Source of the DNA: an uncultured Acidobacteriaceae bacterium
Lineage (GTDB): Bacteria; Acidobacteriota; Terriglobia; Terriglobales; Acidobacteriaceae
Assembly: GCA_963703645.1 (NCBI GenBank)
Contig: CAVPFD010000020.1
Span: forward strand, 17,597-81,596
DNA length: 64,000 nt
Reading direction: 5' to 3'
How positions within the stretch are numbered: the stretch's first letter is position 1; every line of letters starts with the position of its first letter. Shown here piece by piece: positions 8,385 to 16,441 of the stretch. The notes under the pieces are model-generated. The model was not told the DNA's origin, made no database searches, and was given only the letters and a program-made list of their open reading frames with translations. Position numbers and translations under genes: made by a program.

Positions 8385-10036
8385 TGCAGATACGTCCGAA
8401 TCTGCTCCGCGAATCCCGTCACATACCCTTGGGCGAGATACTCTTCCAGAAGGGGCCCCAAATTAACTTTAAGGCCTTCTTTGGCGGCACCTTCGTTGGA
8501 TTCAAGGAAGTATGAATGGCCCGGCACCAGCGGGAATGCGTCCTCACCTGCGTGCTCAATGAAGATAGACACAATGCGCTGGAAAGCGTCTCGCATTAGC
8601 TCGCAACTGTGCTCGTCAACTACTTTCATCTGTGGCCATAGAGAAACAAATGCGAATCGCCGCCGCACTGCGACATCAACAATGGCAATACTGCGATCGG
8701 CGCTATTCATCGTGCCAAGAACTTGTAGGTTTTCTGGAAGTTCAAACTTGGTGTGGAACGGTTCCCCAAAATCATATGGCAATTCGATTTCCCGCTTCTG
8801 CGCGGATTTGGGTTCAAACAGGTAAATTGCTTCTCCCAGAATCTTCGCCAGGTCAGCACGGTTGATTTCATCTATGTGCAACAAGTAAGGAGTAGGGTGG
8901 GTTTTTTCTGCTTGCTTGGCGGATTCCATGAGGAAACCTGGCTTAGGCCTAAATTGAAGGCCCAATTGGGTTCTCGACTCTTCGGGAGCTAAGCCTCCGA
9001 TGAAGTTTTCGTATGTGGTATTTGGATGAAACTGAATAGACCGCCCTGATCCGCCATACTCGTCAGATAAGAGATCTAGGGCCATCATCGTTTTGCCCGT
9101 CCCGGGTGGCCCTTGGAGAATGACAAAGCGCCTGGACTCCAACAGGTTTCGCACTTCATGGCGCGTTACAACCGGCATCAAATAACCGAACCACTTGGCT
9201 CGAATCTGCTCGCTGTCTTGTCGACAATTGCCATTAACCGGAAATCCTCGTTCCTCAAAGGTGAGATCTAAAAGCGCAGTCAGTGCCTTCTGGGTAATCT
9301 CAGGGTCCGAGTCTGGCTTGAAGATCGCGTATATCACCTTCCCGTATCTGTCGAAAACCCCCTTGTACTCGCTCCATTGTCGCTGTAGGCCATCGGGAAT
9401 ATTGACATCTAAGCGAGTCGGATCTTGCTTGGCCCACGCAATCTGTTGTCCCTTTCCGAACTCCTTATTTAACCAGGCACATATCGCTTGCGCTTTGCGG
9501 GCGTGCCCGGGGCGACCCAGGATCGCCTCGTCAGGAGCGAGTCCTTGTGTACCCACGACAAGCCCGACAAGACACGGCACGTCCGCGGCGGGGAAAATCA
9601 CAAACGAGAAACCGCCATAAGCGCCTTTGGTTGGATTTGATGGGTGAATATAGGCTGCAAAGGGAACTCCAGAATCTTGACTCATCTCGGGAGCCCGAAG
9701 CGTGACGGATTTCTCAGCAGCTTTCGGGTATCGCCCCTCAGGACTGCCGAAGAGGGCACTAAACGCTTTGTCGTTTCGCTTGCTCCACTCGTTCTGCTGG
9801 GGTGAGTGAATAAGCTGCACCAATGGGTCGAGGCTCATAGATTTTGCGCTCCCAGGGTAAATGCTGGAACCCGGGTACACAACAGCCAAGATCGTAGTCA
9901 ATGAAACGGCGTCATTCGTGGCTGGGTTATGCACCCTAACGAAGTCATCGGCCGACCGGACTTCTTCTTCCCGAAGAAGCATCTTGCCATCTTTGTCGAT
10001 GGCTGTTTCTGGCATGGGTGTCCCCGTTGCGGACAT
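8366..10036 (-). CDS. mcrB: McrB-like AAA+ GTPase subunit with an unassigned N-terminal domain
   Basis: Walker A VILQGPPGTGKT. McrB-type motifs NTTYENFIGG, LLHIDEINRADLAKILGEAIYLFE and LGTMNSADRSIAIVDVAVRRRF. Longest ORF starts at 10036, but the ATG at 9838 has a GGGAG 10 nt upstream and avoids the antisense overlap with the vsr remnant. Confidence 0.85.
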   Translation of the reverse strand: MSATGTPMPETAIDKDGKMLLREEEVRSADDFVRVHNPATNDAVSLTTILAVVYPGSSIYPGSAKSMSLDPLVQLIHSPQQNEWSKRNDKAFSALFGSPEGRYPKAAEKSVTLRAPEMSQDSGVPFAAYIHPSNPTKGAYGGFSFVIFPAADVPCLVGLVVGTQGLAPDEAILGRPGHARKAQAICAWLNKEFGKGQQIAWAKQDPTRLDVNIPDGLQRQWSEYKGVFDRYGKVIYAIFKPDSDPEITQKALTALLDLTFEERGFPVNGNCRQDSEQIRAKWFGYLMPVVTRHEVRNLLESRRFVILQGPPGTGKTMMALDLLSDEYGGSGRSIQFHPNTTYENFIGGLAPEESRTQLGLQFRPKPGFLMESAKQAEKTHPTPYLLHIDEINRADLAKILGEAIYLFEPKSAQKREIELPYDFGEPFHTKFELPENLQVLGTMNSADRSIAIVDVAVRRRFAFVSLWPQMKVVDEHSCELMRDAFQRIVSIFIEHAGEDAFPLVPGHSYFLESNEGAAKEGLKVNLGPLLEEYLAQGYVTGFAEQIRTYLQWLQSL

Positions 10037-10210
10037 GTGCCGCGTACGAACACCTCTTTCTGGGCCCTGAAGATCAAGCGCAACAAGAGTCGCGATCTAG
10101 CGAACAACAAAAAGCTGCGAAGAATAGGCATGCGCGTCTTCCGATTTTGGGAGCATGAACTTCGCGGCAACCCAAACCGATGTTTGGCCAAAATCGCAAA
10201 CATTCTTTGA
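9905..10210 (+). pseudogene. vsr: Very-short-patch repair endonuclease (Vsr) remnant, N-terminally truncated
   Basis: GRPDFFFPKKHLAIFVDGCFWHGCPRCGHVPRTNTSFWALKIKRNKSRDLANNKKLRRIGMRVFRFWEHEL matches the Vsr core (PD...GCFWH.H.C...T...FW..K...N..RD). About 40 N-terminal residues are missing; the in-frame stop is at 9902..9904. Confidence 0.75.
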
Positions 10211-10327
10211 GGTTTGGGCACCTAACCACCGTCGCCCAGCGCAGGGCCACATCTTTCGCCTGCTTTTGGCGAAAGGGCGGGAACAAGACTCTGATTGAAT
10301 GCCACCGCACAGCCCTGGTGTGCCGCC

Positions 10328-10425
10328 CCCTAAAGGGGGCTCCGAGAAAATGAAATCAACGCTTACCCACAGCTTCCGCGGTGGGCTAAGTAGTTTCGGC
10401 CCGCGGGGCGGGACTCGTTCGCTGG
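10328..10425 (+). repeat. REP-containing unit (about 95 bp), copy A
   Basis: gcccc.taaag.gg.tc...aaaa...acccacagcttccgc.gtgggctaa..agtttcg.cccgcggggcgggact is shared with 12557..12652. Contains two hairpins: cccacagc/gctgtggg and gtcccgc/gcgggac. Confidence 0.75.
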
Positions 10426-10439
10426 CGATTCTAAGCCGG

Positions 10440-10674
10440 GCGCAACACCGATGGGATGCTTGTCAACAAGGGGCAGGCCAGAACCCCAGGCCGCCAGCCC
10501 GAAGGGCGGAACTGATGCACAGCAAGAATAATGGGATACGTGTCAGATAGGGGCCGCATCAGGACCAGGGGCGCAGCCCGGAGGGCGGAACTGATCCACA
10601 GCAAGAATAATGGGATACGTGTCAGGTAGGGGCCGCATCAGAACCAGGTCGCCAGCCCGAAGGGCGAAACTGAT
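10440..10674 (+). repeat. Tandem repeat, about 79-bp unit, about 3 copies (first copy diverged)
   Basis: Units 10517..10595 and 10596..10674 are near identical (..cacagcaagaataatgggatacgtgtcag.taggggccgcatcag.accagg..gc.agcccg.agggcg.aactgat). Each begins with a REP-like CACAGC. Confidence 0.8.
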
Positions 10675-10677
10675 TAG

Positions 10678-10702
10678 CCCACAGCGGAAGCTGTGGGTAA
10701 GC
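10678..10702 (-). repeat. REP hairpin in inverted orientation
   Basis: agcccacagcggaagctgtgggt is the reverse complement of the REP at 12598..12622. Confidence 0.75.
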
Positions 10703-10734
10703 GTGCCAAATCTATTCCCGCAAGCCCCTTTTAA

Positions 10735-12100
10735 GGTGTCTGTGTCATAGCTGAACCGCAGAGTTCAGTGGGACGAGTGGTTTTTGTTTTTGCGATCGCG
10801 CGTGAGCGGGACCGCACGGAGTTTACAGTTTGGCTGTCGTCATACGTGCGATGTTATGGGCGATGGCGGCCAGCATCCATTCCGTAGTGACCGCGGCCAG
10901 GCCGCGACGCTGAAATCGCCCCATGCCCCGTTGTTCTTTCAGCACCCCAAACACGGGTTCCACTACCGCTTGTCGTCGTTGGTACATCTTCCGTCCCGCC
11001 GGGCTGCGCAACTTCTCGCGCAGCCGCAGATGTTCCGGATCGCGGATGGCGGTGCGCCCGATACCGCCGGCGACTTCCCCGGTGTTGATCTCGTGCGTCA
11101 GGTTCGGGTCCGGCACATACAAGTCGATGCCGCGCCGACAACACTCATGCAACGCCGCGCCACTAAAAAAGCCCGCGTCGGCGGTCAGCTTTGCGGGACG
11201 TTGACGACATTGCTTCTCCACCTCGTCCACCATGGGCACCAGCGAAGCGTTGTCGGTCGCATTCTGGGTCACCCGCGTGGCCACGATGAAATGATCGTCG
11301 CTCACCGCCATATCGGCCGTGTAACCCAGAACCCATCCCTGGCGACTGCGCAGAAAGCGGCTGTCGGGATCGGTCACCGACACCTGCTTGCAACCCCGCT
11401 TAGGCAGAGGCTGTAGCCCTTGGCGGGCTTGCTGCAGTTGTTGTTCCAGGCGCTCCTGCTCGCCGCTGCCGACACTGACTCCGACCCCTTCCTCCGGATC
11501 CTGCGCCAGCGCCTTCTGCTGGAAACGTCGCACCTGCCGCCGATCCTGCGCCCGCTGGTCGCGATCGCCCGCTTCTACATTCCGCACCCGCTGCCGAGAA
11601 GCGTTGGCTCTCACCCGCGTCGAATCGATGGCCACATGTCCCAATCGCACCAGTCCGGCTCGCCGCGCCAGTTCCAGCACCTGCGTGAACACATCGTTGA
11701 TGGCCCGTCGGTGCTGCCGCAGAAACTCACTCAGCGTCTTATGGTCCGGCGTCAGCCCACCCGCCAGATAACGCAACCCCAAGTCCTCACGTATCCGCTG
11801 CTCCAGCCGCCGCGTCGACGTCAGCCGCAGACAAAATGCATACAGCCACACCTTCAACATCATGCGTGGCGGGTAGGCCAGACGTCCCTCGGCGCCGTAG
11901 GCCTGCTCAAAATGGCTCACATCCAGCGCCTCCACTACGCGGTGCACGTGAAAGCACAAATGCCCTTTGCCCAAAACATCCTTGATGTTCGGCGGTAGCA
12001 AGTACGCCTGATCCGGTTCGTACGAGAAGAATCGTGACATGCTCTCTTTGTCGCTCATCTCGCTTGTGAAAAACAAGTCCCTTCCTATGACACAGACACC
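10735..12100 (-). mobile_element. Insertion sequence, IS5/IS1182-type, 1366 bp
   Basis: Perfect 16-bp terminal inverted repeats GGTGTCTGTGTCATAG (10735..10750, and the reverse complement of 12085..12100). Flanked by a direct TTTTAA duplication (10729..10734 and 12101..12106). Carries a single transposase ORF. Confidence 0.85.
10823..12076 (-). CDS. DDE transposase (InsH-N/DUF772 N-terminus, IS5/IS1182 family)
   Basis: 417 aa. YPPRMMLKVWLYAFCLRLTSTRRLE...PDHKTLSEFLRQH...IDSTRVRANAS...DPDSRF...LTADAGFF...VVEPVFGVLKEQRGMGRFQRRGL is typical of this transposase group. Confidence 0.85.
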   Translation of the reverse strand: MFFTSEMSDKESMSRFFSYEPDQAYLLPPNIKDVLGKGHLCFHVHRVVEALDVSHFEQAYGAEGRLAYPPRMMLKVWLYAFCLRLTSTRRLEQRIREDLGLRYLAGGLTPDHKTLSEFLRQHRRAINDVFTQVLELARRAGLVRLGHVAIDSTRVRANASRQRVRNVEAGDRDQRAQDRRQVRRFQQKALAQDPEEGVGVSVGSGEQERLEQQLQQARQGLQPLPKRGCKQVSVTDPDSRFLRSRQGWVLGYTADMAVSDDHFIVATRVTQNATDNASLVPMVDEVEKQCRQRPAKLTADAGFFSGAALHECCRRGIDLYVPDPNLTHEINTGEVAGGIGRTAIRDPEHLRLREKLRSPAGRKMYQRRQAVVEPVFGVLKEQRGMGRFQRRGLAAVTTEWMLAAIAHNIARMTTAKL

Positions 12101-12102
12101 TT

Positions 12103-12552
12103 TTAAGGGGCGGCACGATCAGACGGTTGGTTGGCCTTGATGTTCCCGGCCTGCAACATCGCCAGAAACTCCTGCTCAAACGAACGCGTTCGATGATGGG
12201 CGGGTTGGTTGGCAATGTACTGCTTCGCGCGTTCGATCTGTGACGGGCTGACGCTGAACGCTCCGTATCCTTGCTGCCAGGAGAAAAAGCGATCGGTCTC
12301 CCGCATCCATCGGCTGGAGTTTGCCTTTAGAGTTCGCACCGCGTCTGACACGGCCATATCCGGCCGGAGGACCACGAGCATATGGACGTGGTCTTGTGTG
12401 CCGCCGACGGCGAGCATCTGCATGCCGTGATTGCGAGCGATGCCTGCAAGGTAGTTCCACAAGCGGGACTGGTGGTCAGGAGGGATGAGTTGCATGCGCC
12501 GTTTGGTGCTGAAGACAATGTGGAAGATGGAACTGATGTAGCTGTGTGGCAT
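12103..12552 (-). CDS. Y1 (HUH) transposase, IS200-like / REP-associated tyrosine transposase (RAYT-like)
   Basis: 149 aa. HUH motif DHVHMLV, catalytic Tyr region WQQGYGAFSVS, tail YIANQPAHH. Flanked by inverted REP hairpins. Confidence 0.8.
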   Translation of the reverse strand: MPHSYISSIFHIVFSTKRRMQLIPPDHQSRLWNYLAGIARNHGMQMLAVGGTQDHVHMLVVLRPDMAVSDAVRTLKANSSRWMRETDRFFSWQQGYGAFSVSPSQIERAKQYIANQPAHHRTRSFEQEFLAMLQAGNIKANQPSDRAAP

Positions 12553-12556
12553 GTTG

Positions 12557-12652
12557 TGTCGCCCCTAAAGAGGCTCGAAAAACAAAACGGAATGGCAACC
12601 CACAGCTTCCGCTGTGGGCTAACCAGTTTCGTCCCGCGGGGCGGGACTAACC
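12557..12652 (+). repeat. REP-containing unit (about 95 bp), copy B
   Basis: Same unit as 10328..10425, located directly upstream of the RAYT-like gene. Confidence 0.75.
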
Positions 12653-12744
12653 GCTTGCATCATAGTGCTGAGAACCGGCCCGTTCCCGTCACCGACATCA
12701 CCTGTCGACGTTTGAGAAGTCTCGGCGCATCAAGCAGGTCCGGA

Positions 12745-12848
12745 ACAGCAGGTCCCCTTCGACTGCGCTCAGGGCAGGCTCTCGACTCGCGCCCGCCCGA
12801 CCCGGGGCGGGTCGGGCAACAAAGGCGCTCGCTCGGGATGACAATCTA
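12745..12848 (-). repeat. Dispersed GC-rich repeat element, copy 2 (inverted relative to 5513..5618)
   Basis: The reverse complement reads ttgtcatcccgagcgagcg...gagtcgagagcctgccctgagcgcagtcgaaggggacctgc. It carries an extra internal hairpin (cccgacccg ggg cgggtcggg). Confidence 0.7.
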
Positions 12849-12938
12849 ATTTCTCATCCGCATATGTGGGCCGCGGGCCCATGCGCACTCACGGCAGGCT
12901 CACCGCGCGAACCGCCGCCAATCCCTTATCATGCGCCT

Positions 12939-14120
12939 ATGGCGAACGCGGCGGACGTCATCGTCGTCGGTCTGGGAGCGATGGGCAGCGCGGCGCTGTA
13001 TCAGGCTGCGAAGCTCGGCGCGCGCGTCCTCGGCATTGACCGTTTCAACCCGCCGCACGACCGGGGCTCGTCGCACGGTGACACCCGCATCACCCGCGAG
13101 GCCATCGGTGAGGGTCGCGAGTTCGTGCCCCTGGTGCAGCGCTCCAACCATATCTGGGAGGAACTGGAAGCGGCCACGGGGCGCAGCTTGCTGACTCGCA
13201 ACGGCGCTTTGATTCTGGCTTCGCAAAGCATCTCCGGCGATCATCACGGTTCCACTTCGTTCGTCGGGGACACCATCCGCGCGGCCCGTGAATTCGGCAT
13301 CCCACATGAGGTGCTCGACGCGGAGGAGATCCGCCGCCGCCATCCGCAGTTCAAGCTGAGCGGCGACGAGCTTGGCTACTTCGAACCGGGAGCCGGGTTT
13401 CTTCGTCCCGAAGCTTGCATCGAAACCCAGCTCGCGCTGGCCAGAGAACTCGGGGCCGAGGTGATGACCTCGGAGACTGTGCTCGACATCAGCAATCACG
13501 GGCACGACACGGTCGAGGTCAGGACCGACCGAGCCACGTATTCCGGCGCGCGAGTCATCGTGACCGCCGGACCCTGGATCCAGCGATTGCTGAGCCCGGA
13601 GTACGCGCGGCATTTCAAAATCTATCGCCAAGTGATGTGCTGGTTTGCACTGGCCAGGAATGAGGAGCAGTATACGTCGGCGCAATTTCCGGTGTTCATC
13701 TGGATCGTGGGCAACCGGCCGCGCGACATGCTTTACGGCTTCCCGGCGCTTGACGGGCCAGCAGGCGGGCTGAAGATCGCCACCGAGCAGTATGATGCGA
13801 CCGTCGATCCCGACGCAGTCGCGCGCACGGTCAGCGGCTCGGAAGTTGCCGCCATGTATGACGAATACATCGCGCCGCGGTTCCCAGATATCTCCGGTAG
13901 GTGCCTGCGAACGGAGACCTGCCTGTACACGGTGACGCCGGACGCGAAGTTCATAGTGGATACATTTCGGGATTGTGAAAATGTGGTGTTCGCTTCCGCG
14001 TGCTCAGGTCACGGATTCAAGCACTCCGCAGCCATCGGCGAGGCACTGGCGTTGTGGGCGCTGGAGCGGCCTTCACGTATTGACTTGTCGCCGTTCAGGT
14101 TGGATCGGTTCCCAAGATGA
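12939..14120 (+). CDS. FAD-dependent oxidoreductase, monomeric sarcosine / N-methyltryptophan oxidase-like
   Basis: ADVIVVGLGAMGSAALYQAAKLGARVLGIDRFNPPHDRGSSHGDTRITREAIGEGREFVP is a close MSOX/SolA-type N-terminus; also ACSGHGFKH. Start is taken at the ATG at 12939 because the upstream part of the ORF lies in repeat DNA. Confidence 0.8.
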   Translation: MANAADVIVVGLGAMGSAALYQAAKLGARVLGIDRFNPPHDRGSSHGDTRITREAIGEGREFVPLVQRSNHIWEELEAATGRSLLTRNGALILASQSISGDHHGSTSFVGDTIRAAREFGIPHEVLDAEEIRRRHPQFKLSGDELGYFEPGAGFLRPEACIETQLALARELGAEVMTSETVLDISNHGHDTVEVRTDRATYSGARVIVTAGPWIQRLLSPEYARHFKIYRQVMCWFALARNEEQYTSAQFPVFIWIVGNRPRDMLYGFPALDGPAGGLKIATEQYDATVDPDAVARTVSGSEVAAMYDEYIAPRFPDISGRCLRTETCLYTVTPDAKFIVDTFRDCENVVFASACSGHGFKHSAAIGEALALWALERPSRIDLSPFRLDRFPR

Positions 14121-14210
14121 CCCCGGGGTTGCGGCCATCGGTGCTTTAGGGAAATTCTGATCTAGTACGGCGAAGTCCCTCAGCGGCTAAAGCCGCAATG
14201 ATTTTGCAGT

Positions 14211-14360
14211 GCTTACGGACGGCCCAAAGGCCGCCCCCTTCAAGAGCCAGACTTAATCAGAGTTTCCTTACGGCTGGCTCTTAGCGCTTACGGACGGCCT
14301 AAAGGCCGTCCCCTTCAAGAGCCAGACTTAATCAGAGTTTCCTTACGGCTGGCTCTTGGA
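14211..14360. repeat. 75-bp tandem duplication (2 copies) including the last codons and stop of the adjacent gene
   Basis: 14211..14285 and 14286..14360 are near identical. Each unit has hairpins gacggcc.aaaggccg.c and caagagccag..(23 nt)..ctggctctt. Copy 2 contains the TAA of CDS 14343..15464. Confidence 0.8.
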
Positions 14361-15464
14361 GTGGGTTTGAAGATGCGGTGTCAGTTTACGGAGGACGAAT
14401 TCCTGGAAGACGCCGGCGACGGCGCTCTCACCAAGCTTGATCAGGCCGTTTTGCCATATCACTCCGTGACGATCGCCCGGCGGATAGTAGGCATACGAGA
14501 TGGCGCCGGTTGCGAAGGCTCCGATGACTTCGGAGTAATTGAACTGCCACTTCTTATTATCGCCCTTGCAAATCACAGCATTAGCGAGCGCGTACCCAAG
14601 CCGCGATCCAGTACTGCCGGTTCCCCGGTAGAAATAGCGTGGATCTTGTTTGAAGAGAGTCGGCAGGATGGCGCTTCCGATGAACGTACTTGAGACGACA
14701 TTACCGTACGCTGCCCCGTAGCGCTTTGCATACCCTTCTACGCCTTGCCCGTATGCTCCGAATTCATCCGACGCCTGCTGAAGTCCGGCAAGAAAGCCGA
14801 CGGCCACGAAGGTGAACGGGTCAATAACGGATCTCCAGGCAAGCTGAAATTTTTGACTCGGCGCGAGAGGAGCCGGATCGGGCTCGTAGGTAACATAGAA
14901 ATTTGGAATGAAGCCGAAGACGCGTTGCTTTTCCTGCTCCTTGAGCTCCTCCTGCGCCACTTCATACGTGCTGCCACCAACCCGCACTTCCGTCACATTG
15001 GTGGCAACGCTCAACATAATCTCCGGAACAATGAAGGCTTGGCCCGGGCTCAGGGTTCCGTCGACCGTGTGAGCGTCGAAGCCTTCCGACGTGACGGTAA
15101 GCTGAAAGGGCCCGGGAGGGACATCGGTAAAGGAGAATTGCCCATTTTCGCCGGACAACACCTCTCGCGGTGTGGATTGGCCTTGGCGTGTGAGCTGCAC
15201 TTTGGCGCCGACAGCCAACGCTCCGGTTTGAACAATTACCGTTCCGCTGATGTTTCCCGGCTGCTGAGCCGGTTGCTGGTCAGCGGCTGCCGGTCCCGTA
15301 TTCTGGGCGTCAGGTGTGGCAGTTTCGCCGCCCTGGACGGACGGGGATTGCGGAGACTCAGCCACTGCGGATATGGGAAATCCGCATGAAAGCACACAGA
15401 GGCTTAGCCAGACCAAGCCTGCAGCGCCAGGGACCAATCCCCGGGCGTTTCGGCGCAGCAACAT
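14343..15464 (-). CDS. Secreted carboxypeptidase-regulatory-like domain protein
   Basis: Signal peptide, then GNISGTVIVQTG...GENGQFSFTDVPPGPFQLTVTSEGF (CarboxypepD_reg fold signature). C-terminal domain not assigned. Confidence 0.65.
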   Translation of the reverse strand: MLLRRNARGLVPGAAGLVWLSLCVLSCGFPISAVAESPQSPSVQGGETATPDAQNTGPAAADQQPAQQPGNISGTVIVQTGALAVGAKVQLTRQGQSTPREVLSGENGQFSFTDVPPGPFQLTVTSEGFDAHTVDGTLSPGQAFIVPEIMLSVATNVTEVRVGGSTYEVAQEELKEQEKQRVFGFIPNFYVTYEPDPAPLAPSQKFQLAWRSVIDPFTFVAVGFLAGLQQASDEFGAYGQGVEGYAKRYGAAYGNVVSSTFIGSAILPTLFKQDPRYFYRGTGSTGSRLGYALANAVICKGDNKKWQFNYSEVIGAFATGAISYAYYPPGDRHGVIWQNGLIKLGESAVAGVFQEFVLRKLTPHLQTHSKSQP

Positions 15465-15492
15465 CTTGCCGGACTCTCCTTTGGGAGCACCC

Positions 15493-15507
15493 GTAATTAA
15501 TAATTAC
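15493..15507. promoter_or_regulatory. 15-bp AT palindrome GTAATTA-A-TAATTAC upstream of CDS 14343..15464
   Basis: Read directly, about 30 bp upstream of the start at 15464, with an adjacent TTGACT. Function is not shown. Confidence 0.2.
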
Positions 15508-15583
15508 TTGACTCTAATCGTAACATGCTCGCACGGGGGATACCCTCCGACAGTGGCCGCGTGCTGTCTGAAATCTGCGCTTT

Positions 15584-16354
15584 TCAGACGCTGCCGGCGG
15601 CCGCACGGTGCTCTGATCGGACCAAAGCCAGCGCCGTCACATCATTGTGCGTGGGCGGTGTGCGCAAGAACTGCTGCACTTCGGCGAGGACACTGGTGGC
15701 GATGTCACGGGCGTTCTCGCGCGAGGCGCGCTGGAAGTGGTCCTTGACTCGATTCAGGCCGAACTCTTCCTTCTTGTATGCGGCCTCCACCACGCCACGA
15801 GAGACCAGCAACAGCGACGCTCCGGGCTGCAGGGCGGCAAATGGCGCTTCATAGGTAGAAGCGGCAAATAGCCCCAGAGGGAGGCCGGTCGCCGGCAGCT
15901 CGCTGACGCCCGAAGGGTCGCGCAGGAGTCCGGGAGTATGTCCGGCATTGGCATAGCACACGGTTCCCAGCGCCTCGTTGTAACACCCAATGAAGGCTGG
16001 GCAGGAACGAACTCCCGACGACGCCCGGCGAATGGTCAGGTTCAGTTGGAGGCACAAATCCATCATGGCGTCCGCCTCGTTGACCTCAGGGTCGGCGAAG
16101 CTCTTGCACCCCAGTTCGTGGAAGGTCTGCCGCGCTGCCTCCACGATGGCATTGTTCTCTCCGTAGCTTCCGGCAACATCGAGCAAGCCGAAGACCACGC
16201 GGCAGGGGTTGGCGCGCAGGAATCCATAAAAGTCACCACCCACCCGTTTGCCCTGGACCATGCCTGCAATATCGGCGCCAGACAAGGGTGGAAATTCAGC
16301 GGGCGTCGCAACGGTTGGTGCGACGGCGCGCTCGCGTTGGAAAGGCAGCTTCAT
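15584..16354 (-). CDS. PP2C-family serine phosphatase (SpoIIE/RsbU-like domain)
   Basis: GGDFYGF, YANAGHTPGLL, LLLVSRGVVEA and NDVTALALV are the metal-binding blocks of the SpoIIE/PP2C domain. Confidence 0.8.
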   Translation of the reverse strand: MKLPFQRERAVAPTVATPAEFPPLSGADIAGMVQGKRVGGDFYGFLRANPCRVVFGLLDVAGSYGENNAIVEAARQTFHELGCKSFADPEVNEADAMMDLCLQLNLTIRRASSGVRSCPAFIGCYNEALGTVCYANAGHTPGLLRDPSGVSELPATGLPLGLFAASTYEAPFAALQPGASLLLVSRGVVEAAYKKEEFGLNRVKDHFQRASRENARDIATSVLAEVQQFLRTPPTHNDVTALALVRSEHRAAAGSV

Positions 16355-16441
16355 AGGAGCGTGGCAATCATAACGGAAATTCGTCAGATTGCAAACGCAG
16401 CCAGGCGCGATAGGATAGACGGGACTTGGAGGCCATTTGGC

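Noticed and set aside
10299-10550. 83-aa ORF, and the similar 12382..12849 ORF
   Set aside because: These are translations of REP and dispersed repeat DNA (the same nucleotide repeats occur in both orientations). They are not protein-coding.
10440-10674. Possible CRISPR array
   Set aside because: The whole 79-bp unit is repeated head to tail with no unique spacers, and no cas genes are present. It is a REP-derived tandem repeat instead.
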